Shown here: positions 50,376 to 59,345 of the stretch, in pieces | How the letters are laid out: the number at the start of each line of letters is the position of its first letter | Numbering within the stretch: the stretch's first letter is position 1 | NCBI GenBank assembly: GCA_023248155.1 | Contig: JAHFFE010000001.1 | Span: 84,873-148,872 of the forward strand | Length of the DNA: 64,000 nucleotides | DNA from: Candidatus Omnitrophota bacterium | GTDB taxonomy: Bacteria > Omnitrophota > Gorgyraeia > 1-14-0-20-64-10 | Direction of reading: 5' to 3' | Notes under the pieces: generated by a model | What the model was told of the DNA's origin: nothing | What the model saw: only the letters and a program-made list of their open reading frames with translations | Database searches by the model: none | Made by a program: the position numbers and the translations under genes

Positions 50376-51611
50376 CTAGTTTGGAGCCGCTGTTGCAGTC
50401 ATCGTCGTAAACAGATCGTGGTATTGCTGGATCACCTTTTTCCGATCGAATCCAAAAGCGGCGTTCCGCGCATTTTCTCCCATGGTTTTGCACAGTTCCC
50501 TGTGATCGTACAGAAACCGGATCTTTTCGGCAATATCTACGGCATTGCCTGGAGCCGCCTGCAGACCGCACCGGAACTGGAGCGCGATTCGAGACGTTTC
50601 TGAAGTCGCATCAATGGCGGCGATGTAAGGACGACCGGCCGCTAAAACGCCATACAATTTGCTGGGGGTAATATAACCGGAAACCCCTTTTTTCAGAGAG
50701 ACGATGCAGCAATCCGCTGCGCCATAGACCCCCAAAAGAGCTTCTTTGGTTTGATAGGGGAAAAAGCGGACGTGGGATAAATCCAGGGTGCGCGCACGGT
50801 TTTGCAGCGCCTCTTTCCGAACTCCGTCTCCAACAAAAGCAAATATAAAATCCGGCAGACCTTTTAAAAGAGCCGCCGATTCCAGCAATTGCTCCAGATC
50901 TTGCGAAGCGCCAAAATTTCCTGCATACAGTGCTACGAATTTATCAGCCAGGCCATGTTGCTCCGAGAATGGATTTCTTTTGGAAACGGGATAGGTTTTC
51001 TCAGTATCCGCCCAATTGGTGATGATGGAGATCAATTCTGCGCGCGCATTTTTTTCGTGGATCAGCCGGTTTCGCATGTCGTCATCCAGCGCTAGAATCC
51101 GGTCGGCCGACCGGATTAAAAACCGGTTTACCTGGTCGAGAATTTTTTCAATCAACGGGTTGCTGAAATTTTCAAGCAACCGGCTGACTTCAGGAAAAAT
51201 ATCACTGTAGGCCATGATAAACCGGCACTGGGACTGCCGGGCCGTCCATAAAGCAGCCAGACCAATGATGGGTGGATCGGTCATTGATAACACGAGATCC
51301 GGTTTTTTTACACGTCTTGACGCAATAAAAGAAGAGGCGAAGTAAGTCAGGTAATTGCAGATGCGGCCGGCGAGTATTTTTTTTGAAAAAGAAGTTCCGG
51401 CACAGCGAAAAACGGTTACGCCACGAATAGAAACGGGATTTCCCACCCAGGAAGGCTGATTTTCGCAAGCGGTGGATTTAGGAGCAACGCCGCAAATGAT
51501 CGAGACACGGCAGCCGTGGTCATGCACGAGTCCTTCCGCCAATTCCGTTAACAGCTGGCCTGTTGCGCTTTGTTCGGGATAATAGGCTCGGTTAAAAAGC
51601 AGAAGATGCAT
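50376..51611 (-). CDS. Glycosyltransferase family 4 (WbuB/WcaI-like)
   Basis: NRAYYPE.SATGQL, TDPP, YAGNFG..Q, PSKLY..LAAG.P; start taken at ATG 51611. Confidence 0.9.
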   Translation of the reverse strand: MHLLLFNRAYYPEQSATGQLLTELAEGLVHDHGCRVSIICGVAPKSTACENQPSWVGNPVSIRGVTVFRCAGTSFSKKILAGRICNYLTYFASSFIASRRVKKPDLVLSMTDPPIIGLAALWTARQSQCRFIMAYSDIFPEVSRLLENFSNPLIEKILDQVNRFLIRSADRILALDDDMRNRLIHEKNARAELISIITNWADTEKTYPVSKRNPFSEQHGLADKFVALYAGNFGASQDLEQLLESAALLKGLPDFIFAFVGDGVRKEALQNRARTLDLSHVRFFPYQTKEALLGVYGAADCCIVSLKKGVSGYITPSKLYGVLAAGRPYIAAIDATSETSRIALQFRCGLQAAPGNAVDIAEKIRFLYDHRELCKTMGENARNAAFGFDRKKVIQQYHDLFTTMTATAAPN

Positions 51612-52932
51612 TTTTAAGTTTCTTTTTTTGCCGGCTGAACAGATATCGGTTAAAATAATAGCCAACCAGAGCACCAGACACAGCGCTGGCTGTAACTTCC
51701 ACCATGGAAAGCAGTGCATCAATCATGCTAAAGCCTGGAAGATACCAGTATAGAAATCCTTTCCAGTCTCCTTTGACGAGGCAGTTTCCAGCTAAAGTAT
51801 CAACAACGCAAACCAGAGTGCTCATCACCAACATGCCACAAAAAACACCGATACTCCCAAAATTAACATAAAATTCAAGCACCTGGCCGATTCCAACGCT
51901 GGTGCCCTCCGAGAATTCAATGCCGGTGTAATCGGCAACTAGATTGCCGCTACCTGCAAAAATATTTTTATCAGGCCAAAGCACGCGCGGAATCAGTGAT
52001 AAAACAGAGTCCCAGAGGGTGGCGCCATGCGCAAAAGGCTGAAGGCCATTACCCATATAATCAATGGCGGCTCCCAGCAAAAGACATTGATTCATGCGCT
52101 CATCGAGCCGATAGAGATGTATTTCATTGTTACTGTCCAACCATTCGAAATTAGTAATCATTCCAGAGATTTCTTCAAGCCGAACGGAAGTAGCTTCTTC
52201 TGCTCGAACTCGTTCACGAAGTAATTCGCGATCTCTCATGTAGGTCACATAAAACGAAAGACCCGCATAAATAATGACCATTCCCAACGCGATCATTTTC
52301 CAGCGGGGTTTCAAAAAATTAGCAATAAAAGAGAAGATTGAAAGAGCAATCATAGCCCCATAACTTAAAAACCCCTGCTGGATCATTGTAAGTAAAGGAA
52401 TTCCAATAAAAGAAAATAAACTGTAAATAAAGAATTGTCCGGAGTTTCTTGTTTGCCATGCTTTCCACAAACAAAGGCATAATCCGGCCACCAGAAATCG
52501 CCACATTGAGGAAGAAAGAGCGGCTCCGGACGGGATTTTACTGGCAATGGGGATAATGAAGAAAAAACTAAATAATCCGAATAACACATAAACAAGGGGT
52601 AATCCCAGCGTAAAAGCATCCGATGGCATTTTGGGTTTATCTACTTGTAATGAGTGTATTAGAAATGGACCAACAAAAACAGAACCGATTCCAAACCCGA
52701 TGATGCCATAGGTCGCCATTTCAAATCCGAGGTCGTTGAAATATTGCTCCCCCAGAGAGTACCACTCATGCTGGTAGATCCATCCGCCGATGCCGTAAAG
52801 AGACCATAGCTGTAATAAATAAGCCAATACAAGACCAGCGCTGGGAGATTTCATTCGCCAGCGGCTAACGACAACTACCAAGCTTACGAAGAGCCAGGCC
52901 CACCAGCAAAATTCAAACGAAAGCGCTTTCAT
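51592..52932 (-). CDS. Polytopic membrane protein, putative Wzy-like polymerase/ligase
   Basis: About 10 hydrophobic segments, a large periplasmic loop, and IPRVLWPDK / EFYVNFG..G motifs of the kind seen in Wzy-like proteins. Confidence 0.68.
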   Translation of the reverse strand: MKALSFEFCWWAWLFVSLVVVVSRWRMKSPSAGLVLAYLLQLWSLYGIGGWIYQHEWYSLGEQYFNDLGFEMATYGIIGFGIGSVFVGPFLIHSLQVDKPKMPSDAFTLGLPLVYVLFGLFSFFFIIPIASKIPSGAALSSSMWRFLVAGLCLCLWKAWQTRNSGQFFIYSLFSFIGIPLLTMIQQGFLSYGAMIALSIFSFIANFLKPRWKMIALGMVIIYAGLSFYVTYMRDRELLRERVRAEEATSVRLEEISGMITNFEWLDSNNEIHLYRLDERMNQCLLLGAAIDYMGNGLQPFAHGATLWDSVLSLIPRVLWPDKNIFAGSGNLVADYTGIEFSEGTSVGIGQVLEFYVNFGSIGVFCGMLVMSTLVCVVDTLAGNCLVKGDWKGFLYWYLPGFSMIDALLSMVEVTASAVSGALVGYYFNRYLFSRQKKKLKNASSAF

Positions 52933-52996
52933 GGCAATTTTTGGTAAGCTGCAATGGTTTTATCATTCAGTTGAACGCATAATTTGGCAATTTGTT

Positions 52997-54208
52997 TCAA
53001 GGAAGTGGGCCATATTCTTGAAGAACTTGTTCATAGAGATGCCGCATCGATTGCGCTACGGTCTGAGTCGAAAAGACTGTCGAAACCAATTGTTGACCCG
53101 CTTTTCCCATGGCCTCGGTTTCCGTACGGTTTTCCAGTAGCGAAACGATGGCCTCGGCCCAAATTTTCGAATGGGCTGTCTCGACCCGTCCGCATTGATT
53201 TCTGGCTATCCAGGCAGCGATGCCCACTTCTGGAGAAACGAGTACGGGCAGACCGATGGCCATTGCTTCTAGAACAGAGACACCGAAATTCTCATCCCGG
53301 GAAGGCAGCAAGAAAAGCTGGCTGTCACGGTAGCAAGCCCATTTTTCTACTCCCGACAGTGAAGGGATAAATGTAGCATGACCGCTGAGGTTGTTTTTCT
53401 TTAGCACCGCCTGCACGGAGTTTACGGCACCTTCATTGGGTCCTACGAAAACCAACTGCAATTTTTCTTTAGAAGTTATCTGTGACAATGCGCAGGCCAG
53501 CAGCGCCGGCCTTTTTTTAGGATGCATGCGGCCCAAAAAAAGCAGAATGGAACGGTTCCCAATTTCAGGATATTTTTTTCTAAAATCGCCCGAATGAGTT
53601 GCCGGAATTAATTCCGGGCGGATGGATCGCGGGACGACCGAATGGGGCGTGACGGTGCCAAATCGTTCGGCGCGCGCCGCCTCCAGAGGACTGGTGAAAT
53701 GGATGCGCTGCGCATGCATTAAAGTAAATCGCTCGATCAAAAAACCATAACACCGCTTGAACCAGCTGCGCCGCTGCATTCCGTAAGGGTCCAGCGCTCC
53801 GCAGGGAGAAATAATGTAAGGAATTTTAAATCGTCTGCAGAGCCGCGATGCAATCAGCGTTGGATAAAGCCAGATGGAATGGATATGAACGATGTCAAAA
53901 GAAGAAAGGTTTTTCTCCAGCGCTTCTTTAAGCGCAGGGCTGAACGCATAACGTTGGCCGAGCCAATTCCATGGATGTTCTGGAAAATGTTCAATCGAAA
54001 CACCCAAGGAGCGGACCTGTTGATCCATGGGACCGTCGGTTTTCTCGTCGTGCCCGCGCCAGGTGGTGTAAATGGTAACAGCACATCCGTTTTGGATTAA
54101 CCCGGAACAAAGTTCGCGCACGCTGACGGGAACTCCCCCATCTCGAAAGGCCAGTGAGGGAACAACATGAAGTACTTTTATAATCAGGATTCCCCCCGTG
54201 ATACCCAA
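52997..54208 (-). CDS. Glycosyltransferase family 4 (start uncertain, possibly 54181)
   Basis: KVLHVVPSL..RDGG, HIHS.W, LFLGRMHPKK, ENFGVSVLEAMA.GLP. Confidence 0.88.
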   Translation of the reverse strand: MGITGGILIIKVLHVVPSLAFRDGGVPVSVRELCSGLIQNGCAVTIYTTWRGHDEKTDGPMDQQVRSLGVSIEHFPEHPWNWLGQRYAFSPALKEALEKNLSSFDIVHIHSIWLYPTLIASRLCRRFKIPYIISPCGALDPYGMQRRSWFKRCYGFLIERFTLMHAQRIHFTSPLEAARAERFGTVTPHSVVPRSIRPELIPATHSGDFRKKYPEIGNRSILLFLGRMHPKKRPALLACALSQITSKEKLQLVFVGPNEGAVNSVQAVLKKNNLSGHATFIPSLSGVEKWACYRDSQLFLLPSRDENFGVSVLEAMAIGLPVLVSPEVGIAAWIARNQCGRVETAHSKIWAEAIVSLLENRTETEAMGKAGQQLVSTVFSTQTVAQSMRHLYEQVLQEYGPLP

Positions 54209-55920
54209 AATGGACCGAGCGCCAGGCAGTCGACCGAGTTGCGCTGGACGCAGGCGATCGCCTCTTCGGAGCGGCAGACGATCGGCTCCCGTTCATTAAA
54301 AGAGGTATTTAAGATTACCGGCACGCCAGTTTTTTTTTCAAATGCTTTAATCAGCCGGTAGTACAAGGGTTCATCGTCGGGAAAAACTGCCTGGACGCGA
54401 CCGGTTCCATCAACGTGCGTAACGGCCGGTATTTTTTCACGTTGCTCAGCGCGTACCGTGAACGTAAACAGCATGAACCGGTCTGCGTGCGCGTTTTCAT
54501 AATAAGAAGAAACGGCTTCGGCCGCAACTGACGGGGCGAATGGCCGAAACGACTCGCGCCGCTTTATCCGCTCATTGATCCGGTCTTTCATTTTGGGATC
54601 GCGCGGATCGGCCAGCAAACTGCGGTGGCCCAGTGCACGCGGGCCAAACTCCATCCGGCCCTGGAACCATCCGACGATTTTTCCCTGCGCCAGCGCCTCG
54701 GCAGTGGTTTCGCATAATTCCATATCGTTTAGTTCACGGTAGAAGAGCCCCGCTTTTTCCAGCGCGCGGCGGTGGGTTTCTTTATCCGGCTCGGGACCCC
54801 AGGCGGCCGTCTGCATGCGGAAAACCCGTTTTTCATTGTAGTGCTGGTGCGCCGTATAGAGCGCAGCGCCTAGAGAAGTTCCGGCATCATGCGCGGCCGG
54901 TTGAATAAAAATTTCTTTGAACGGTGTTTCGGAACGGATCCGGCCGTTCAGCACGCAGTTGAGCGCCACGCCTCCGGCGTAACAAAGCCGCGAAACCGGA
55001 TGACGCTGATGCAGGCGCCGCAACAGGGAAAGGACGACCTCTTCCAGCCGCTCCTGCAGCGCCGCGGCGATATGCGCGTGCCGTTCTTCAAACGGCGCTT
55101 TGGGATCCCGCCGCGGGCCCAGCAGCTGTTCCATCGCCGGATTGTAGAGAATTCCCAGCGAAGGCGCGCCCGATTCCCAGGTCATCGACACCTTCATCTG
55201 CTGGTGCTGGAAATAATTCAGATTCAACCGGTACTGCCCGTCGGAAAGCTGCTGCACCAGCATCTGCATCTGTTTTCGGTAATGGTCTGGTTTTCCGTAG
55301 GCGGCCAGCCCCATCACCTTGTATTCGTCGCCCCACTCGAGAAAACCGAGGTACTGCGTGATGGCGGTGTACAAAATGCCCAGCGAGTGCGGAAAGCGCA
55401 CATCGCCCGAAATTTGCATCCGGTTCCCGCGACCGGTTCCCCAGAGGCCGCTTAAAAAATCGCCAAAACCGTCCAGCGATAAAACCGCTGCTTCATCCCA
55501 CCCGGAAGCGTAAAAACTGGAACCGATATGTGAACGGTGGTGTTCAACGAAATGGACAGCGGCGCTGATTTTCTTCGGCGCCGCATCCAGTGCGCGCGTG
55601 ACTGTCTGTGGAATTTCGCGAAGCTTGTTTAAAAGCGTGACGCGGTTTTGAATCCCTTTCGAAAAAAGCCCTTGCCGTAAAGCGAACGCCGCTTTTTCAG
55701 GCCAGTGGCTCGAGGGGTTCCGTGAAATAGAGATGGCGTTGATTTTTTCGGGAGAAACCCGGGCCGATTCCAGACAATAACGGACTGCTTCGGAGGGGAA
55801 ACCGGCCAGATGTTTAATGCGAACGAACCGTTCTTCTTCTGCGGCTGCTACTAAATTACCGTCGATGATCAGCGCGGCCGATGCTTCGGCGTGGTAGGCG
55901 TTAATCCCTAGAATAATCAA
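54184..55920 (-). CDS. NodU/CmcH-family carbamoyltransferase
   Basis: AAEEERF.R.KH, HHRSH, DGFGD, EYKVMGLAAYG, AGGVALNC, EFGPRALG.RS, HVDGTGR.Q, NTSFN. Confidence 0.94.
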   Translation of the reverse strand: MIILGINAYHAEASAALIIDGNLVAAAEEERFVRIKHLAGFPSEAVRYCLESARVSPEKINAISISRNPSSHWPEKAAFALRQGLFSKGIQNRVTLLNKLREIPQTVTRALDAAPKKISAAVHFVEHHRSHIGSSFYASGWDEAAVLSLDGFGDFLSGLWGTGRGNRMQISGDVRFPHSLGILYTAITQYLGFLEWGDEYKVMGLAAYGKPDHYRKQMQMLVQQLSDGQYRLNLNYFQHQQMKVSMTWESGAPSLGILYNPAMEQLLGPRRDPKAPFEERHAHIAAALQERLEEVVLSLLRRLHQRHPVSRLCYAGGVALNCVLNGRIRSETPFKEIFIQPAAHDAGTSLGAALYTAHQHYNEKRVFRMQTAAWGPEPDKETHRRALEKAGLFYRELNDMELCETTAEALAQGKIVGWFQGRMEFGPRALGHRSLLADPRDPKMKDRINERIKRRESFRPFAPSVAAEAVSSYYENAHADRFMLFTFTVRAEQREKIPAVTHVDGTGRVQAVFPDDEPLYYRLIKAFEKKTGVPVILNTSFNEREPIVCRSEEAIACVQRNSVDCLALGPFWVSRGES

Positions 55921-56780
55921 TGGCGCTTATTCCCAGCGTGTTCGACCCGGCGCAATTCATCCAGCCGAATGTCGATCACTAAACGAAACCAGAACGCTTG
56001 CAGAAAATGGAACACAAACCCTTCCTTGCCGTCGAGAAAACCCAGCAGGATCACGTAGCGATAGAAAAAGTATCCAAACGGTCTGATGTACAGCGGCATC
56101 TGGTAGTACCGGCTTTTAAGCCAGAGAATTCGCTGGTCCGGTGTTCCAAAAAACCGGGGCGTGGTTTTCCAGGACAGGCGTCCGGACCGGCGTTCATTCT
56201 CCTCGGCCGCAAATGCATCTGCATAGCGCAGATGTTTTTCAAGATAAAACAGGATCGCATCTTCCTTGCGGTTATGTTCCTTGAGAATTCCCCTGAGTTG
56301 GCCGCATGAACCGTTGACGTAGACGCGAGTGTCTTGTTCCTTCGGATCCAGTTGAGACTTCGAACGACGGAAAAGTTTCAACAGTCGTTTTCCGCCATAT
56401 CCGCCGTAACGGATTTTTTTCCCTCGGAAATATTGCAGACGGCGCAGATAATAGCCAGCATGCGCCGGAGTCCCTTCGCACAGAAGGCAGCAGATATCCT
56501 CTCTTAATTCGGGAGTCAGCACCTGGTCCGCTTCAAGAATCAAAATCCAGTCATTGCGAATCGGCAGATGGTCGAGGCTCCATTGGAAGATCCAGGGAAT
56601 AATTCGCGAATGGTCGTAGGGAAGCCGTTCGACATAATCACACAGAGGACGTGCAATATCAACCGTGCGATCGGAGCTCTCGGAATCGATCACGAAGATC
56701 TGATCAGCGAGGCCGCGCACGCTTTCAAGACAGAATGCAATGTTGAGTTCTTCATTGCGCGTGACTACGAGAACGGTCAA
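55917..56780 (-). CDS. Glycosyltransferase family 2 (start possibly 56792)
   Basis: TRNEE.NI..CLES, IDS.S.D.T, WILILEADQ, LGFLDG.EG. Confidence 0.88.
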   Translation of the reverse strand: MTVLVVTRNEELNIAFCLESVRGLADQIFVIDSESSDRTVDIARPLCDYVERLPYDHSRIIPWIFQWSLDHLPIRNDWILILEADQVLTPELREDICCLLCEGTPAHAGYYLRRLQYFRGKKIRYGGYGGKRLLKLFRRSKSQLDPKEQDTRVYVNGSCGQLRGILKEHNRKEDAILFYLEKHLRYADAFAAEENERRSGRLSWKTTPRFFGTPDQRILWLKSRYYQMPLYIRPFGYFFYRYVILLGFLDGKEGFVFHFLQAFWFRLVIDIRLDELRRVEHAGNKRH

Positions 56781-56812
56781 AGGCGCTTTTATCTCAGCTT
56801 CTCCTGCGTATG

Positions 56813-58750
56813 TTACGAGTTATCGTTCTCTTCCGCCGGATTATCGTCGGGCGTAATCAGCGCGAATGGTTTCCGCTGTTTCTTTTCTTTTTTCCGTTGT
56901 TTCTTCTCGGAAGGTTGTTTCCGGTTCTCTCCATAGGAGTAGTAATACCGGTAGCCGCGCTCCAGCTCCAGCTGGGCGCCATTCAAGACGCCGCCGATCA
57001 GTTTGGCGCCGACATCCACCAATTTCTGCTTTCCAGCCACAATGGCATCGCTGTGCGTTTGATTAGCTCGCACCACATAGACGACTCCATCGGCCATCGT
57101 TGCGAGTACGCAAGCATCGGCGGCTACCAAAACGGGAGGAGAATCGATCAGGATATAGGAGTATTCCTTTCTCCACTCATCCAGCATTTGTTTGAAGCGG
57201 TTGCTTTGCAGAAGATCGGTCGGTTGCGATGATGAAAACCCGGAAGGAACAACAAACAGACCTTCGCTATCCGGAACCGGATGAACAATCTCAGAAGCCT
57301 GCGCCTGATCCTGAAGAGCGTTGCTTAATCCGGGTTCAATCGGTATCTGAAACGAATGATGAAAAGTCGGGCGGCGCAGGTCGGCGTCAATGACGAGCGT
57401 TTTTCGGCCGATCTCCTGCAGTGCAATCGCTAAATTGGCGGTGAAAGTCGACTTGCCTTCAGAGGGCAAGGCGCTGGTAAATAATAAAACATGGGATTGC
57501 GCAGACGGGATAATGAATTCCAGAGTGGTGCGGATGGAGCGGATATTTTCAGCCATCGGCGATTGCGCGTCTCGCATGATCAACGGCCGGCGATGGCGCA
57601 GCAATGTTTTCCTGTTTCCGGCCTGCGGGATATGCCCCAGGAATGGAATTTCCAGCAGCGATTCAAAGGCACTGCGCGTCCGCACGGTGCTGGTCATTAG
57701 TTCCAGTACCAGCGCGATTCCAAAACCAATCAGGAATCCAAGGAACGCGGCCGTCAAAATGGTCCGTTTGCGCATCGGACCGACCGGGATATCCGAAACC
57801 TGGGCGTAATCGACTACTTGCACATTGTTGTTCTGAACACCCTCTTGAACAGACAACTCTTTAAGCCGGGTCAACAGCACATTGTAAATCGATTCGCTGG
57901 TCTTCGCTTCCCGCAGCAGTGTATTGAACTGGATCGACAGGCGGCTTAACTCCAGCGCGCGCTGTTCCTGGTCGAATAGGGCCAGCTGCAGTTCTTTTTC
58001 TTTGGTAAACAGCTCAACTAATTCCGGGTGTTTTTCGCGGTATTTGGCCTCGGCTTCGATCCGTTTTTCGCGTGTTTTGGTCAGCGACGCATTGAGCGCT
58101 TGTAAACGCTGAATGACGGTGTTTTGGCCCTGCTCATCAAGATCAACGCCGTTGTGCTGTTCGCGGAAATCCTGCAGATTGATCTGCGCGTCCCGCATCT
58201 TTTTTTCCATCTTGTCGACTTCCTGCTTGAGCCAATCAATTCCGCCGGTCGTCATCTGGCGCTTGCGTTCGAGGTTGATTTTGGCGTACATTTCAGCGAC
58301 GGCATTGGCGATGCGCGCCACAAGCTTCGGCTTGGTTCCAACCACGCTGACGTCGACCAGCTTGGTTCCGCGCAGCGGAGTGACCGAAACGATTTTGCGC
58401 AGCACCGCGACCGGATCTTTCGCGCGCGAATAGGGAGGGAATGAAGTCAGATTTAATTCTTCAAGAACGCGCGCCATCACGGCGCGGCTGGAAATGACCT
58501 GATATTCGGTTGGCAGAGAAGAGCGGTCTACCGCGGAGGTCGAACCGACATCGCCCTGAAATCGCACAACGCGCGTGACATCCGGTTCAATCAGGATCCG
58601 AACCGTTGACCGGTAGATGTTCGGTTGGCGCGCCATATGCAGCGTGGCCAGCAACGTTGCGACGAATGTCACTGACAAGACCAGTTTCCGGTGTAGCCGG
58701 AAGATCCTCAGGTAGTCATCCAGTGTCCATTCCTGAAGCTGAATTTGCAC
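56813..58750 (-). CDS. wzc: Polysaccharide co-polymerase/tyrosine autokinase (Wzc/GumC type)
   Basis: Two TM helices flanking a coiled coil, Walker A SALPSEGKST, IDADLRRP, IDSPP, C-terminal GYRYYYSY Tyr cluster. Confidence 0.9.
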   Translation of the reverse strand: MQIQLQEWTLDDYLRIFRLHRKLVLSVTFVATLLATLHMARQPNIYRSTVRILIEPDVTRVVRFQGDVGSTSAVDRSSLPTEYQVISSRAVMARVLEELNLTSFPPYSRAKDPVAVLRKIVSVTPLRGTKLVDVSVVGTKPKLVARIANAVAEMYAKINLERKRQMTTGGIDWLKQEVDKMEKKMRDAQINLQDFREQHNGVDLDEQGQNTVIQRLQALNASLTKTREKRIEAEAKYREKHPELVELFTKEKELQLALFDQEQRALELSRLSIQFNTLLREAKTSESIYNVLLTRLKELSVQEGVQNNNVQVVDYAQVSDIPVGPMRKRTILTAAFLGFLIGFGIALVLELMTSTVRTRSAFESLLEIPFLGHIPQAGNRKTLLRHRRPLIMRDAQSPMAENIRSIRTTLEFIIPSAQSHVLLFTSALPSEGKSTFTANLAIALQEIGRKTLVIDADLRRPTFHHSFQIPIEPGLSNALQDQAQASEIVHPVPDSEGLFVVPSGFSSSQPTDLLQSNRFKQMLDEWRKEYSYILIDSPPVLVAADACVLATMADGVVYVVRANQTHSDAIVAGKQKLVDVGAKLIGGVLNGAQLELERGYRYYYSYGENRKQPSEKKQRKKEKKQRKPFALITPDDNPAEENDNS

Positions 58751-58756
58751 CCGCGA

Positions 58757-59329
58757 TTACTCCTTTGCCTTGATTTTTGCCCCGGATTTTTCCCAGGCCC
58801 CTTTGAGCGTGATTCCGACGGAGCGAAGGAGTATCCAGAGATCAAGTCCCAACGAACAGTTCCGTATATACGACAAGTCCCAAATCAGCCTCTGCTGGAG
58901 GGATGGATTTTTATCTCCGTACAGCTGCGCGACTCCGGCCAGTCCCGGTCTGACCGACACCCGCAGTTTCCCTCCAGGAAACTCTCCGATTTCTTCCAGC
59001 TCTTCCGGGATGAGCGGCCGGGGGCCCACGAAGCTCATCTCTCCTCGGAAAATATTGAGCAACTGCGGCAATTCATCCATCGCGCAGGCCCTTAATCCCC
59101 GGCAAAATCGGTCCGCGACGCGGCCGTTGTCTGCCAGCGTCCTAAATTTAAGAACGGTAAAAAACGCGCCATTTTTCCCAACGCGCGGTTGCCGGAACAG
59201 GACAGGAGATCCCAGGCTGCTTCGGATCTTTGCCGCGATCAGCGCCATCGGCAGCATGAAAAAAAGGAGACCGATCACCGACAGCGTCAGATCAAAAATA
59301 CGCTTTCCGTACCGCGCGTATACGCCCAT
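58757..59329 (-). CDS. Priming phosphoglycosyl transferase (small sugar transferase)
   Basis: KRIFDL, F.Q.RVG..G..F...KFRT, DELPQLLNI..GEMS.VGPRP, PGL.G.AQ; start taken at ATG 59329. Confidence 0.9.
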   Translation of the reverse strand: MGVYARYGKRIFDLTLSVIGLLFFMLPMALIAAKIRSSLGSPVLFRQPRVGKNGAFFTVLKFRTLADNGRVADRFCRGLRACAMDELPQLLNIFRGEMSFVGPRPLIPEELEEIGEFPGGKLRVSVRPGLAGVAQLYGDKNPSLQQRLIWDLSYIRNCSLGLDLWILLRSVGITLKGAWEKSGAKIKAKE

Positions 59330-59345
59330 GTCGAAAGTCTCCGCG

